Shown here in pieces: positions 18,626-29,219 of a stretch of 64,000 bases of DNA. The DNA is taken from NCBI GenBank assembly GCA_913031435.1, contig CAJWFD010000004.1, positions 11,588 through 75,587 on the forward strand, in the 5' to 3' direction. Below the pieces are notes generated by a model. The model searched no databases and was not told the DNA's origin. It worked only from the letters and a program-made list of their open reading frames with translations. Each line of letters starts with the position of its first letter. The stretch's first letter is position 1. A program made the position numbers and the translations under genes. This DNA is from an uncultured Cryomorphaceae bacterium. Its GTDB lineage: Bacteria > Bacteroidota > Bacteroidia > Flavobacteriales > Schleiferiaceae.

Positions 18626-19777
18626 ATGAACATTCTTCTTGTAGATGGACCTAATCGTACCGATCTTTTACCCTTGACTTTTACACGTCCAGTCTCAGCC
18701 TTATGCTGTGGTATTTTAACTATAGCAGAAAAATATACGACACGTGGAATGACCATAGGTTTTGGAACGGAGGACTATCTATCAAAGAAGTTTACATCAA
18801 TAGCGCATCCTGATTTTTCTGTTTTGGGTTCGGTTTGTCCTACTTCGGTTTTTTTAGTGGCGGTGTCTGAGCTCAAGGAAGATGAGTATCTGGCCCAGGA
18901 CGAGCATGTATTAGCAGTAAGAGGCGGCGAATTAAGTATTACGGGTAAGACTAGGGTTGAGTTCACAGACGTACTTAATGTCATTACGAAGCCATGGCAT
19001 ATATGGACCCAGAATGCAGCTGAGCTAGAGGCTGATTATGATCTACTGACGGAAGGCAGAGCGTCCGCTCCAATCCACAGCTCTAACACTATTTTGGGTG
19101 ATCGTATTTTCCTAGAAAAAGGTGCGAAGGTCACAGCGAGTATCTTAAATACAACGAGCGGCTCTATATATCTCGCGAAAGATGCTGAGATCATGGAGGG
19201 TTGTATGGTTCGCGGAGGGCTTGCCCTTGGTGAACACTCTGCATTGAAGTTAGGGACCAAGATTTATGGCGCAACGACTTTGGGACCTCATTGTAAAGTG
19301 GGAGGAGAGGTAAATAATTGTGTTCTTCTAGGTTACTCCAATAAGGGACACGATGGCTTTTTAGGCAACAGTGCACTTGGTGAATGGTGTAATCTAGGTG
19401 CAGATACTAATAATTCAAACTTAAAAAACAATTACGATCACGTTAAAGCTTGGTCTTATCAAACCAAGCGATTTACCCAAACTGGCGAACAATTTTGCGG
19501 GTTGATTATGGGTGATCACAGTAAATCAGGAATAAATACGATGTTTAATACAGGTACTGTGGTAGGTGTTAGTGCTAATATTTATGGTGCTGGATTTCCA
19601 CGCAACTTTATATCTTCATTTAGTTGGGGAGGGCCACAAGGTACAGTAGAATATAAACTGGATAAGGCTCTAGATACTGCACAGCGGATGATGCAGCGTC
19701 GTGGACTCGAGGTCGATGAGACGGAGAGAAACATTTTGGAGCACGTCTATAATACTACAAAAGAATTCAGGCGCTAA
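18626..19777 (+). CDS. GlmU-like putative sugar nucleotidyltransferase/acyltransferase with left-handed beta-helix repeats
   Basis: 383 aa. A hexapeptide-repeat region is visible (GATTLGPHCKVGGEVNNCVLLGYSNKGHDGFLGNSALGEWCNLGADTNNSN). The N-terminus is nucleotidyltransferase-like. Confidence 0.6.
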   Translation: MNILLVDGPNRTDLLPLTFTRPVSALCCGILTIAEKYTTRGMTIGFGTEDYLSKKFTSIAHPDFSVLGSVCPTSVFLVAVSELKEDEYLAQDEHVLAVRGGELSITGKTRVEFTDVLNVITKPWHIWTQNAAELEADYDLLTEGRASAPIHSSNTILGDRIFLEKGAKVTASILNTTSGSIYLAKDAEIMEGCMVRGGLALGEHSALKLGTKIYGATTLGPHCKVGGEVNNCVLLGYSNKGHDGFLGNSALGEWCNLGADTNNSNLKNNYDHVKAWSYQTKRFTQTGEQFCGLIMGDHSKSGINTMFNTGTVVGVSANIYGAGFPRNFISSFSWGGPQGTVEYKLDKALDTAQRMMQRRGLEVDETERNILEHVYNTTKEFRR

Positions 19778-19785
19778 AAACACGC

Positions 19786-20439
19786 TTAAAGCGCCTTTAA
19801 GGCGGATATAGTTGCTTCGGGATCATCACTTTTGAAAACAAAGGACCCTGCAACCAACGCATCTGCTCCTGCAGCGATCAACATAGATCCTGTTTCAAGA
19901 TTTACTCCGCCATCTATTTCAATAATTGCATTTGATCCACTTTGGTCGATAAGCGTTCTTGCTTGAGCAGTTTTGTTAATGGTATTCTCTATGAACGTTT
20001 GCCCACCAAACCCCGGGTTTACACTCATTAAAAGTACGAGGTCTACGTCTTGAATAATATCTTGTAAAACATGGACCGGAGTATGTGGGTTTAACGCAAC
20101 ACCAGCTTTCATTCCAGCGTTGTGAATTTCTTGTATCGTTCTGTGAAGATGTGTACATGCCTCATAGTGAACCGTTAGAATATCAGCTCCACAATCTTTA
20201 AAGGCCTGAATATATCGCTCAGGCTGCACAATCATCAAGTGCACATCCATGACCTTATCGCAGTTATCAGCCATAGTTTTTACGATAGGCATACCATAGC
20301 TTATGTTAGGCACGAAGACACCATCCATAACATCAATGTGAAACCAGTCAGCTTCACTTTTATTGACCATCTGACAGTCTCTTTGTAGATTTCCGAAATC
20401 AGCTGCTAACAGGGAGGGAGAGATGATAGGTGAAGCCAT
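19786..20439 (-). CDS. rpe: Ribulose-phosphate 3-epimerase
   Basis: 217 aa. The sequence PSLLAADFGNL...HIDVMDG.FVPN...MSVNPGFGGQ is a canonical Rpe pattern. Confidence 0.95.
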   Translation of the reverse strand: MASPIISPSLLAADFGNLQRDCQMVNKSEADWFHIDVMDGVFVPNISYGMPIVKTMADNCDKVMDVHLMIVQPERYIQAFKDCGADILTVHYEACTHLHRTIQEIHNAGMKAGVALNPHTPVHVLQDIIQDVDLVLLMSVNPGFGGQTFIENTINKTAQARTLIDQSGSNAIIEIDGGVNLETGSMLIAAGADALVAGSFVFKSDDPEATISALKAL

Positions 20440-20461
20440 GAGGTTGCGTTTAAGTTGGTAT

Positions 20462-20496
20462 AAAAATAAAACACCCCGCCGATTATGGCAGGGTGT
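20462..20496 (-). terminator. Rho-independent terminator after rpoD
   Basis: On the minus strand: acaccctgcc, loop ataatc, ggcggggtgt (one G-U pair), followed by TTTTATTTTT. It lies directly downstream of the rpoD stop at 20524. Confidence 0.7.
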
Positions 20497-20523
20497 ATGT
20501 GATAAAAGTTAATACCAAGGTTA

Positions 20524-21387
20524 TTAACCGAGGTAGGTCTTTAATATTTTACTTCTTGAAGTATGTTTCATACGACGAATTGCCTTTTCTTTTATCTGAC
20601 GTACCCTCTCACGAGTCAGATCAAATTTCTCTCCAATTTCCTCAAGTGTCATAGGGTGCTGACCTCCTAGTCCAAAGTATAGACGGATTACATCCCCTTC
20701 ACGTGGAGTCAATGTTGCTAAAGAACGTTCAATTTCGGTACGCAAAGAGTCCATCATGAGGTCCTCATCTGGATGTGGACTATCTGATGAATTCAATACA
20801 TCATATAAGTTACTATCCTCTCCTTCTACTAAGGGAGCATCCATACTTACGTGACGCCCGGAGTTACGCATGCTTTCCTTAACGTCAGATTCACTCATTT
20901 CTAAGTGCTTAGAAATTTCAGATGCACTTGGTGGACGTTCGTGCTCTTGCTCTAGGTATGCGTATGCTTTGTTGATTTTATTGATAGAACCAATTTTGTT
21001 CAACGGCAAACGCACAATTCTACTTTGTTCAGCTAATGCTTGCAGAATACTCTGACGTATCCACCATACAGCGTATGAAATGAACTTAAAACCACGGGTT
21101 TCATCAAAACGTTGTGCAGCTTTAATCAAGCCTAGGTTTCCCTCGTTGATTAAATCAGGCAACGTAAGTCCTTGATTTTGGTACTGCTTAGCAACAGAAA
21201 CCACAAATCGAAGATTCGCTTTGGTTAATTTTTCCAAAGCAATTTGATCACCGGCTTTTATCCTCTGTGCGAGTTCAACTTCCTCTTCAGCGGTAATAAG
21301 CTCCACTTTACCAATTTCCTGTAGATACTTATCTAAAGAAGCCGTTTCGCGGTTGGTAACCTGTTTTGTGATTTTTAACTGTCTCAT
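20524..21387 (-). CDS. rpoD: RNA polymerase primary sigma factor (Bacteroidota-type short RpoD/SigA)
   Basis: 287 aa with sigma-70 regions 2-4 ([54 protein letters not shown]). Confidence 0.95.
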   Translation of the reverse strand: MRQLKITKQVTNRETASLDKYLQEIGKVELITAEEEVELAQRIKAGDQIALEKLTKANLRFVVSVAKQYQNQGLTLPDLINEGNLGLIKAAQRFDETRGFKFISYAVWWIRQSILQALAEQSRIVRLPLNKIGSINKINKAYAYLEQEHERPPSASEISKHLEMSESDVKESMRNSGRHVSMDAPLVEGEDSNLYDVLNSSDSPHPDEDLMMDSLRTEIERSLATLTPREGDVIRLYFGLGGQHPMTLEEIGEKFDLTRERVRQIKEKAIRRMKHTSRSKILKTYLG

Positions 21388-21462
21388 GCTCGAGAATGAA
21401 TTTTAGTGAAGTGAGGAAAACCATAGGCTTTCCTCACCTTAACAATCTAAATAAAGCTTCGG

Positions 21463-23586
21463 TTATTCGCCTTCCTTTTCAGGTTTAGGCAAAAGAACTT
21501 TTCTTGAAAGCTTCATCTTACCTGCTTTATCAACTTCGAGAAGTTTGACGCTGATCGTGTCACCTTCCTTCAGTACATCTTCAACATTTTTGACACGAGT
21601 CCAATCGATCTCAGAAATGTGTAACAAGCCTTGAATCTTAGGAGCGATTTCGACAAAAGCACCATAAGTCTGTACTCCACGAACGATTCCTTCATAGACT
21701 TCGCCTATAGTTGGTTCGAATGCGATAGCACGAATCATATCGAGCGCTTTGTTCATCATATCATAGTCCTTTCCAGAAATTTGAATATGACCTCTTTCAT
21801 CAATTTCCTCAATAGTTACAGTTGTACCTGTATCTGCTTGAATACCTTGAATATTTTTTCCACCAGGACCGATTATTGGACCTATGAATTCTTTCTTAAC
21901 CGTAATAGTAATGATCTTAGGCGCGTTAGGTTTTAATTCCTTACGTGTCTCCGGCATTGTCTTTAACATCTCAGAAAGAATGTGCATACGTCCTGCGCGA
22001 CTCTGCATAAGAGCACTTACAAGAATTTCATAACTCAAACCTTTAACCTTGATGTCCATCTGACAAGCAGTGATACCTTTTTCTGTACCGGTTACTTTGA
22101 AATCCATGTCTCCTAAGTGATCTTCATCACCCAAGATATCTGAAAGTACAGCATAATTCTCACCATCAGAAATAAGACCCATGGCTATACCACTTACTGG
22201 CCGAACCATCTCAATACCCGCGTCCATTAGAGCAAGTGTACCTGCACAAACCGTAGCCATAGAAGACGAACCGTTTGATTCAAGAATATCACTTACTACA
22301 CGAATCGTATATGGGTTTTCAGGACTCACCATTTTGTATAAAGCGCGCTGAGCAAGATTACCATGTCCAATTTCACGTCTACTTACCCCGCGAACAGGAC
22401 GAGCTTCACCCGTTGAAAATGGAGGAAAGTTATAGTGTAAATAGAATTTTTCCTCACCCTTAAAGGTTGCGTCATCAATTCTATTAGTGTCCATCGAAGT
22501 ACCTAACGTAACTGTAGTCAGGGACTGAGTTTCACCACGAGTGAAGACTGAAGATCCGTGTGCACCAGGTAAATAATCTATTTCAGACCAGATATCGCGT
22601 ATGTCAGTAGTCTTACGTCCATCTAGACGTTGACCATCTGCTAATACCATGTGACGAACTGCTTTGTATTCCACGTCGTGGAAATAAGTTTTCGCAAAAC
22701 CTTTGTTTTCCGCCAACCAAGCTTCGTCCTTGCCATCTAAGTATTCGTTAAGAATAGCTTTGAATTGAGCGGAACGTTCGTGCTTAGGCAATGCACTTTT
22801 AGATACTGCGTATACTTTATCGTAAGTAGCAGCCATAACATCTTGACGAACTTCTTCGCTGTGAGTTTCATGGTTGTATTCACGTTTCACATGTGACTTC
22901 TCAACTTGAGCAGCCATGTTTGTTTGAGCAGTAACTTGAAGTTTTATGGCTTCGTGTGCAAACTTAATTGCCTCTACCATTTCTTCTTCAGAAACCTCAC
23001 GCATTTCACCTTCTACCATGACAACGCTGTCCATAGAAGCTCCAATGGTCATGTCAAGATCAATTTCTTTGAGTTGATCAGGCGTAGGGTTGATGATAAA
23101 TTCTCCATTCAGGCGACCTACTCTCACTTCAGATATAGGACCATCAAAAGGAAGGTCACTTACTGCAATAGCAGCTGAAGCAGCCAATCCAGCTAAAGAA
23201 GTAGCTTCTACTTCTGGATCGTAAGAGATCATTTGAATCATTAATTGGATCTCAGCGTGGTAGTCCTTTGGGAACAAGGGACGAAGTACGCGATCGATCA
23301 AACGCATGGTCAAAATTTCTGTGTCAGATGGACGTCCCTCACGTTTGAGGAAGCCTCCAGGAACACGTCCATTCGCTGCGAATTTTTCACGATAATCTAC
23401 GGTAAGCGGAAGAAAGTCAATACCTTCTTTAGCTTCTTTGCTAGACACCACTGTGGCTAACAGCATAGTACCACCACATCTCACAACGACAGAGCCATCA
23501 GCTTGTTTGGCTAACTTACCAGTCTCAAGTGTGATTACTCTTCCGTCAGGAAGTGCGATAGTTTCAATAATTGCTTTTGGAATCAT
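21463..23586 (-). CDS. pnp: Polyribonucleotide nucleotidyltransferase (PNPase)
   Basis: I trimmed the track ORF (to 23619) to the ATG at 23586 ([16 protein letters not shown]..., 707 aa). It has two RNase PH domains plus KH and S1 ([20 protein letters not shown]). Confidence 0.95.
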   Translation of the reverse strand: MIPKAIIETIALPDGRVITLETGKLAKQADGSVVVRCGGTMLLATVVSSKEAKEGIDFLPLTVDYREKFAANGRVPGGFLKREGRPSDTEILTMRLIDRVLRPLFPKDYHAEIQLMIQMISYDPEVEATSLAGLAASAAIAVSDLPFDGPISEVRVGRLNGEFIINPTPDQLKEIDLDMTIGASMDSVVMVEGEMREVSEEEMVEAIKFAHEAIKLQVTAQTNMAAQVEKSHVKREYNHETHSEEVRQDVMAATYDKVYAVSKSALPKHERSAQFKAILNEYLDGKDEAWLAENKGFAKTYFHDVEYKAVRHMVLADGQRLDGRKTTDIRDIWSEIDYLPGAHGSSVFTRGETQSLTTVTLGTSMDTNRIDDATFKGEEKFYLHYNFPPFSTGEARPVRGVSRREIGHGNLAQRALYKMVSPENPYTIRVVSDILESNGSSSMATVCAGTLALMDAGIEMVRPVSGIAMGLISDGENYAVLSDILGDEDHLGDMDFKVTGTEKGITACQMDIKVKGLSYEILVSALMQSRAGRMHILSEMLKTMPETRKELKPNAPKIITITVKKEFIGPIIGPGGKNIQGIQADTGTTVTIEEIDERGHIQISGKDYDMMNKALDMIRAIAFEPTIGEVYEGIVRGVQTYGAFVEIAPKIQGLLHISEIDWTRVKNVEDVLKEGDTISVKLLEVDKAGKMKLSRKVLLPKPEKEGE

Positions 23587-23617
23587 ATATAATGTAAATA
23601 GATACTTTTTTATACGC

Positions 23618-23646
23618 AAAAAGGCAATTGTATAAATTGCCTTTTT
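23618..23646 (-). terminator. Hairpin between rpsO and pnp (terminator/attenuator or processing site)
   Basis: Stem aaggcaatt (23621..23629) pairs with aattgcctt (23635..23643) around loop gtata. A 5-nt A-run and a 5-nt T-run flank it, so it could act on either strand. The position matches the known rpsO-pnp intercistronic hairpin arrangement. Confidence 0.6.
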
Positions 23647-23666
23647 GTGAATGCGCTAGACTGAGG

Positions 23667-23936
23667 TTATTTTCTCAATCCTAGTTTTTCAATAATTGCA
23701 CGGTAACGTGTAATATCTGTTTTCTTCAAATAATTAAGAAGCTTCCTTCTTTTACCAACCAAAGTGATCAACGAACGCTCTGTGTTGTGGTCTTTTTTGT
23801 TTTGCTTCAAGTGACCAGTCAAATGACTGATGCGGAAGCTGAATAATGCAACCTGGCCTTCAGAAGAACCAGTGTCTTTAGCTGATCCACCGTATTCCGC
23901 GAAGATCTCTGCTTTTTTTTCAGTTGTTAGGTACAT
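23667..23936 (-). CDS. rpsO: 30S ribosomal protein S15
   Basis: I trimmed the track ORF (to 23978) to the ATG at 23936 ([12 protein letters not shown]..., 89 aa, the canonical S15 length). The longer start lies inside the predicted promoter box. Confidence 0.95.
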   Translation of the reverse strand: MYLTTEKKAEIFAEYGGSAKDTGSSEGQVALFSFRISHLTGHLKQNKKDHNTERSLITLVGKRRKLLNYLKKTDITRYRAIIEKLGLRK

Positions 23937-23975
23937 ACCAAAATCGTATTTAGATGTTTGTAATGCTTTAAGTTG

Positions 23976-23983
23976 CAAAGATA
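23976..23983 (-). promoter_or_regulatory. Candidate -7 box (TATCTTTG on minus strand) for rpsO-pnp
   Basis: Plus-strand caaagata is TATCTTTG on the minus strand, about 40 nt upstream of the rpsO ATG at 23936. Confidence 0.45.
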
Positions 23984-24018
23984 ATTAAATATATGTAGCC
24001 ATATATATCTAATAGACA

Positions 24019-24549
24019 TTATTTATCTAACCAATATAATTTAGTTCCAACTCGAATCTCTGCCGCCGCTGCTGCACCGCCTAGGGTCTCTAGAACAAAG
24101 CTAGCTGGAGCGTTGCTAGGAAGGCTCTTCAAGGACAATGGCTCAGCATTAGCCTGTACACTCACTACTTCATGACTGCTGTTGATATAGATAATGTCTA
24201 AGGGAACGATGGTGTTTTTCATCCAAAAGCTCCTGGGCTGATCACCGTCTGGCATAAAGAAGAGCATACTCATGTCCATCAAAACAGTTCTACGGTACAT
24301 CATGCCGATCTCTATGGTTTCTGCACTTTTAGCATATTCAGTTCTAAAAGTGGCAGTCGTATCCGTACCATTCACTACCAAAACGGTCCCGTCTTGTCGA
24401 AACGGAGGTTCATAAGGCACTTTTGAGGGTTGTATGGAAGAACCAGCGTTGTTGTTAAATTTTCCAATTCCACTGATGATCGAAGGAATAATAAATGCAG
24501 CTAGTCCAAGACCTATAATCCAAACAGCGTACTTTCTCACTGCGTTCAT
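24019..24549 (-). CDS. DUF192 domain protein
   Basis: 176 aa with an N-terminal TM/signal. The motif GMMYR...MLFFMP....SFWMKNTIVPLDIIYI matches the DUF192 signature. There is an ATGA overlap with lgt. Confidence 0.75.
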   Translation of the reverse strand: MNAVRKYAVWIIGLGLAAFIIPSIISGIGKFNNNAGSSIQPSKVPYEPPFRQDGTVLVVNGTDTTATFRTEYAKSAETIEIGMMYRRTVLMDMSMLFFMPDGDQPRSFWMKNTIVPLDIIYINSSHEVVSVQANAEPLSLKSLPSNAPASFVLETLGGAAAAAEIRVGTKLYWLDK

Positions 24550-25610
24550 AATTTTTCTTTTTTAGAAATGACTACCAATAATACGCCTATACTCACTAGA
24601 GGTATACTTAGCCATTGGCCCATATTTAACGACATGGTCTGCTCAAATGAAACTTGTATTTCTTTCAAGTACTCGATGAAGAATCGGAAACCAAACAATA
24701 GGAGGAGGAACATGCCCAGTAAAAACCCTCTTCTTTCTCCAACAGAAGTTTTCAAGTAGAGTAGGGCCAGGGTGATGAAAATGATCCAATAACCGAAGGC
24801 CTCAAACAATTGGGTTGGATGACGAGGAATGCCTAAAACATCAATTTCACTATACAACCCTTCGTCGTCGGAGAAAATATCACTCGTATTGCCATCTATG
24901 GCCAGCAGGTTTTTTCGGTCTTTACGCTGCGAATCAAGAATTTTACTCAAATAAATGTCTGTGTACTTCGCGATTTGGTCTTCGTTTAGATTTCTAAATC
25001 TCAAAGAAGCGGTCAGTATCGGATAGACTAAAGAATCTGTGGCCAACTCCCTTTCGGTTGTTTCAAACTCAACGGAACTTAAACTCCCGGCGTATCCTCT
25101 TAATAGACTGCCTCTGGCATCTTCAACAAACACGGTTTGGAAAAGACCATTAGAGGGAGCGCCATAAATTTCTGAATTGAACCAGTTCCCCATCCTTATA
25201 AATCCTGCGGCCAGAGCAACAACAATCACTATACGATCTAGTGTCCATAAAGGATGTTGCTTGGCTATTTTTTTTGACCAATAAATCATGGCCAATACAA
25301 TCACGACAGCTGCGCCATGAGAGGCTAAACCACCTTTCCAGACCATTAAAATCTCACTAAGGTGCTCCTTGTAATAACCCCAGTCGTAAAAGAATACATG
25401 ACCCAGTCTTGCTCCTATTATCGTTGCTCCCACCATCCAATAGACTAGGCTGTCCATGAGCTTGGGATTGATGTTTTCCTTTTTAAAAATATATTGCATT
25501 CCATATTGTCCCAGCACAAAGCTGATAATGAACATCAATGAATAGAATCTCAATTGAAATCCTGCGATGGGTATATGGTTCGGGAAATCCCAGACAATCG
25601 TGGCTAGCAT
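24546..25610 (-). CDS. lgt: Prolipoprotein diacylglyceryl transferase, with a ~90-100 aa insertion
   Basis: 354 aa. Lgt signatures are present (FQLRFYSLMFI, GARLGHVFFY, GGLASHGA, GNWFNSEIYG, HPTQLFEA). There is extra soluble sequence between the GNWFN and HPTQL blocks. Confidence 0.9.
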   Translation of the reverse strand: MLATIVWDFPNHIPIAGFQLRFYSLMFIISFVLGQYGMQYIFKKENINPKLMDSLVYWMVGATIIGARLGHVFFYDWGYYKEHLSEILMVWKGGLASHGAAVVIVLAMIYWSKKIAKQHPLWTLDRIVIVVALAAGFIRMGNWFNSEIYGAPSNGLFQTVFVEDARGSLLRGYAGSLSSVEFETTERELATDSLVYPILTASLRFRNLNEDQIAKYTDIYLSKILDSQRKDRKNLLAIDGNTSDIFSDDEGLYSEIDVLGIPRHPTQLFEAFGYWIIFITLALLYLKTSVGERRGFLLGMFLLLLFGFRFFIEYLKEIQVSFEQTMSLNMGQWLSIPLVSIGVLLVVISKKEKL

Positions 25611-25614
25611 AGGT

Positions 25615-26715
25615 TTATTCTTTCCAGTCTACAAGAAACAAGTTAGTGGCTCTTCCTCCTCCGTTATTTCTATTTGAAGCAAAAACCAATTTTGTGCCAT
25701 CAGGAGAAAACATTGGAAAGGAATCGAAGGCATTGTCGAACGAAATTTGCGTGAGGTTATTTCCATCGGTATCAATCATGAAGAGGTTAAATGGAAAGCC
25801 TTTTTCGCTGTGGTGGTTGGATGAAAACACAATTTTATCACCGTTTGGATGAAAAAATGGTGCCCAATTAGCTTGTCCCAAAGAAGTGATTTGCATCAGA
25901 TTACCTCCATCAACGTCACAAGTATATAGTTCCATTGAAGTGGGCTCAACCAATCCATTTGCAAGAAGCGAAGTGTATTTCTCGATTTCTTCCTCCGAGG
26001 TGGGACGAGAACTTCGAAACACCAATTTTTTAGAATCTGGACTGAAAAATGCACCACCATCATATCCAAGGCCGTCAGTTACTTGAGTAATGTTGGAGCC
26101 ATCGATATCACATACATAAAGTTCGAGATCACCGGACCTGGTAGATGTGAACACTATTTTAGTGCCATCGGGACTGACTGTCGCTTCAGCGTCATAGCCA
26201 GGTCCACTAATAATGGTATCAATAATATCCCCATTTAAGTCACTCACATAGATGTCAAAGTCTTCGTAGATCGGCCAAACATAGGCACCACCTTCTCCGC
26301 GCTCAGGAACCGCTGGACATGCCGAGTCGCCTTTGAAGGTGCTCGCGTAAAGTATGGTCGTATCTCCAGGTAAAAAGTAAGCACAAGTTGTTCTTCCTAG
26401 TCCATTAGAAATCATGGTAGGCTCATGCTCTAAAATGGTATCTATAGTCCAGTCAAAGGCGTAAATCTGGTCACAATTGTTTCCCCATTTTTCAGCATTA
26501 CTTTGAAAAGTAAGCATCTCGCCGTTGAAGCTGAAATAAGCTTCGGCATTGTCTCCACCATCGGTTAATTGACGCATATTATCGAAGTGGTATTCCCCTT
26601 CATAGTTGAGCTCACTCACCCAAGTTGCTCCGCTATAACCATCGTTAGATTCTGTTTCTGATTGGCTGGTACAACCAATGGCTACTAAAAACGCTAAAAA
26701 AAATGTTTTTGTCAT
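25615..26715 (-). CDS. PD40/TolB-like beta-propeller lipoprotein
   Basis: The track start at 26730 is a TTG. I prefer the ATG at 26715 (MTKTFFLAFLVAIGC lipobox). Repeated SPDG.K.VF/S motifs are present (VSPDGTKIVFTS, FSPDSKKLVFRS, HPNGDKIVFSS, FSPDGTKLVFAS). Confidence 0.7.
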   Translation of the reverse strand: MTKTFFLAFLVAIGCTSQSETESNDGYSGATWVSELNYEGEYHFDNMRQLTDGGDNAEAYFSFNGEMLTFQSNAEKWGNNCDQIYAFDWTIDTILEHEPTMISNGLGRTTCAYFLPGDTTILYASTFKGDSACPAVPERGEGGAYVWPIYEDFDIYVSDLNGDIIDTIISGPGYDAEATVSPDGTKIVFTSTRSGDLELYVCDIDGSNITQVTDGLGYDGGAFFSPDSKKLVFRSSRPTSEEEIEKYTSLLANGLVEPTSMELYTCDVDGGNLMQITSLGQANWAPFFHPNGDKIVFSSNHHSEKGFPFNLFMIDTDGNNLTQISFDNAFDSFPMFSPDGTKLVFASNRNNGGGRATNLFLVDWKE

Positions 26716-26726
26716 GTTGTTGATTA

Positions 26727-26999
26727 TCAATCGATGTTTTTTTTCTTTAATTCCTTTTCTAAGTCACTTCCAGGTACTGGGTCCCATCCATTTTTACCCC
26801 AAGGATGACAGCTGGAAATTCTTTTTACCGCTAGATAAAACCCTAGGAATGGTCCATGTATTTTAACAGCTTCAGCAGCATAAGCACTGCATGTAGGTTG
26901 ATAACGACAGGCCGGACCGAGCATAGGTGAGACCAGTGTTCTGTAGACCCAAATAAGCAATAACAACGGTGATCCCAGTAGGAGAGTTAATAATTTCAA
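26727..26999 (-). CDS. yidD: Membrane protein insertion efficiency factor YidD
   Basis: 90 aa. The sequence YRTLVSPMLGPACRYQPTCSAYAAEAVKIHG...RISSCHPWG is the YidD signature. Confidence 0.88.
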   Translation of the reverse strand: MKLLTLLLGSPLLLLIWVYRTLVSPMLGPACRYQPTCSAYAAEAVKIHGPFLGFYLAVKRISSCHPWGKNGWDPVPGSDLEKELKKKNID

Positions 27000-27010
27000 A
27001 CTCGGTTTAT

Positions 27011-28495
27011 TTATAAAGTATAGCTCGTGCCATCTGCGCCATCTTTGAGCTGAATTCCTGCTTCTGTTAATTGTTTTCTAATGATGTCTGCAGTGTCCCA
27101 GTCCTTGTTATCTCGTGCTTTTGCTCTTAATTCAATGACCAAGTCCATAGCTTTGTTGAGTGCTTCTTTATGGGAATCTGAAGATTCTTCTTTACGAAGA
27201 CCGAGTACATCAAACGCGAAGCAATTCATTTTTTCTGTGAGCAATTGTAAGTCGCCTTTAGACAGTCCTATGGATAAATCGGTACACGAATTAATAAATT
27301 TCACAGCTTCGAATAAGTGTGATATGAGGATAGGACTGTTAAAGTTATCACTTAAAGCGATGTAACAGCGATCTACCCAGTCTTGTACATTGTAGGTGCT
27401 GGATTCTGACGGTTGAAGTTTGCTCAAAGTTTCAATAGCACCTAGAAGTTTGTCATGGCCTTTTTCAGCAGCCATCAAAGCATCATCACTGAAATCAAGA
27501 ATACTACTGTAGTGGGCCTGCATCATAAAGAACCTAACAGTAGAAGGGTTGAACCCCTTTGAGAGCAATGGATTTTGACCAGTGAACAATTCCTTTGGTA
27601 ATATGGCGTTTCCCGTACTCTTACTCATTCGCTTACCATTCAGCGTAAGCATGTTCGTATGAAGCCAGTATTTAGCGCCTTTATGTCCTGAAGATGCTAC
27701 GTTTTGTGCGATTTCACATTCGTGGTGCGGAAATTTTAAGTCCATTCCGCCACCGTGAATATCGAATTGTTCACCTAAATATTTAGTGCTCATTGCCGAA
27801 CATTCAAGATGCCAGCCGGGGAAACCCTCACTCCATGGTGAAGGCCATCTCATGATATGCTCTGGCGATGCCTTTTTCCAAAGGGCAAAATCAGCAGCGT
27901 TTTTCTTTTCTTCTTGGCCATCAAGCGCACGTGACCCGGATTGCAAATCTTCTAATTTGCGTCCTGAGAGTACCCCATAATCGCCGCCTTTAGTGTTGTA
28001 ATTTTCCACATCGAAATAAACGGATCCATTACTTTGATAAGCCCATCCGTTCTCTATGATGGTTTTAATCATTTGGATTTGCTCCACAATGTGTCCTGTT
28101 GCAGTGGGCTCAATAGACGGAGGGAGGGCGTTAATTTTTTCCATGACTTCATGGAAGTCGACGGTATAACGTTGCACTATCTCCATAGGCTCCAATTGTT
28201 CTATTCTGGCCTTTTTCGCAATCTTATCTTCACCTTCATCTGCATCATTTTCTAGGTGTCCCGCATCCGTAATATTTCGGACATAGCGAACCTGATACCC
28301 CAGATGCTTGAAATATCGGAACATGAAGTCATAAGATGTAAAAGTCCTTGCGTTACCTAAGTGTACATCAGAGTATACAGTTGGTCCACATACGTACATA
28401 CCCACTCTTCCGTCACTTACGGGAAGGAAGATTTCTTTCTTGCCGGTGAGGCTGTTTTCTATAAAAATTGGGTACTTACGATACAGTGGTTCCAT
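27011..28495 (-). CDS. cysS: Cysteine--tRNA ligase
   Basis: 494 aa, class I. It has a HIGH-like VHLGNART motif and a KMSKS-like RMSKSTGN motif, plus CGPTVY near the N-terminus. The start abuts the folE stop with a 0-nt gap. Confidence 0.95.
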   Translation of the reverse strand: MEPLYRKYPIFIENSLTGKKEIFLPVSDGRVGMYVCGPTVYSDVHLGNARTFTSYDFMFRYFKHLGYQVRYVRNITDAGHLENDADEGEDKIAKKARIEQLEPMEIVQRYTVDFHEVMEKINALPPSIEPTATGHIVEQIQMIKTIIENGWAYQSNGSVYFDVENYNTKGGDYGVLSGRKLEDLQSGSRALDGQEEKKNAADFALWKKASPEHIMRWPSPWSEGFPGWHLECSAMSTKYLGEQFDIHGGGMDLKFPHHECEIAQNVASSGHKGAKYWLHTNMLTLNGKRMSKSTGNAILPKELFTGQNPLLSKGFNPSTVRFFMMQAHYSSILDFSDDALMAAEKGHDKLLGAIETLSKLQPSESSTYNVQDWVDRCYIALSDNFNSPILISHLFEAVKFINSCTDLSIGLSKGDLQLLTEKMNCFAFDVLGLRKEESSDSHKEALNKAMDLVIELRAKARDNKDWDTADIIRKQLTEAGIQLKDGADGTSYTL

Positions 28496-29179
28496 TTAAG
28501 CTCCGAAATCGGTCTTTAGATTGATATAGTCTAAGAACTCAGCTTTTTTATCCTCTTGTTGAAAGACTCCTCCAAACTCTGCAGTTACCGTGGAACTGTC
28601 AATATCACGAATACCTCGAGAGTTTACACAGAGGTGCTTAGCATCAATTACACACGCAACGTTTTCTGTTTCAAGTACTTCTTGGAGCGCTTGTACAACT
28701 TGGCGCGTCAATCTTTCTTGAACTTGAGGACGCTTTGCATAATAATCAACAATACGGTTCATTTTGCTCAAGCCAACTACCTTTCCATTCGAGATGTAAG
28801 CGACATGCGCTCTTCCTATGATGGGAAGAAGATGATGCTCACAAGTTGAATAAAGAACAATGTTTTTTTCCACCAACATTTCGTTGTAACGATAGGTGTT
28901 GTTAAACGTGCTCATTCCCGGCTTTTTATCCGGATGAAGCCCCGCAAAAGCCTCTGTAACGTACATTTTAGCAACGCGGAGTGGTGTGCCTTTCAAACTG
29001 TCGTCGTCTAGATCCATTCCTAGTGTTTCGAGAATGCCTCTGACATGCGTAGAGATAATATCTATTTTCTCACGATCACTTTTTACAAAAGCGTCATCTT
29101 TTAAAGGTGTTTCAGCTTTAAAGCTTTCGTGAGCATCACCGATTTCTTCGGCCAGTATTGGGTCAATATGATTTGACAT
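28496..29179 (-). CDS. folE: GTP cyclohydrolase I
   Basis: 227 aa with the CEHHLLP motif and [25 protein letters not shown]. Confidence 0.95.
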   Translation of the reverse strand: MSNHIDPILAEEIGDAHESFKAETPLKDDAFVKSDREKIDIISTHVRGILETLGMDLDDDSLKGTPLRVAKMYVTEAFAGLHPDKKPGMSTFNNTYRYNEMLVEKNIVLYSTCEHHLLPIIGRAHVAYISNGKVVGLSKMNRIVDYYAKRPQVQERLTRQVVQALQEVLETENVACVIDAKHLCVNSRGIRDIDSSTVTAEFGGVFQQEDKKAEFLDYINLKTDFGA

Positions 29180-29219
29180 GGGTTTTGTTCTCTTAAAAAG
29201 GGTGGCAAAGGTAAATCAA

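Noticed and set aside
21411-21437. 9-bp hairpin (gtgaggaaa/tttcctcac) downstream of pnp as a terminator
   Set aside because: On the minus strand it is not followed by a U-tract (it reads ttcactaaaattc). It lies in the rpoD 5' region, so its role is ambiguous. I did not list it as a feature.
26735-26750. Poly-T/A run (tttttttt) at the yidD 3' end as a slippage or phase-variation site
   Set aside because: The run encodes the Lys-rich C-terminal tail (KELKKKN) of an intact YidD ORF. There is no alternative frame with coding potential.
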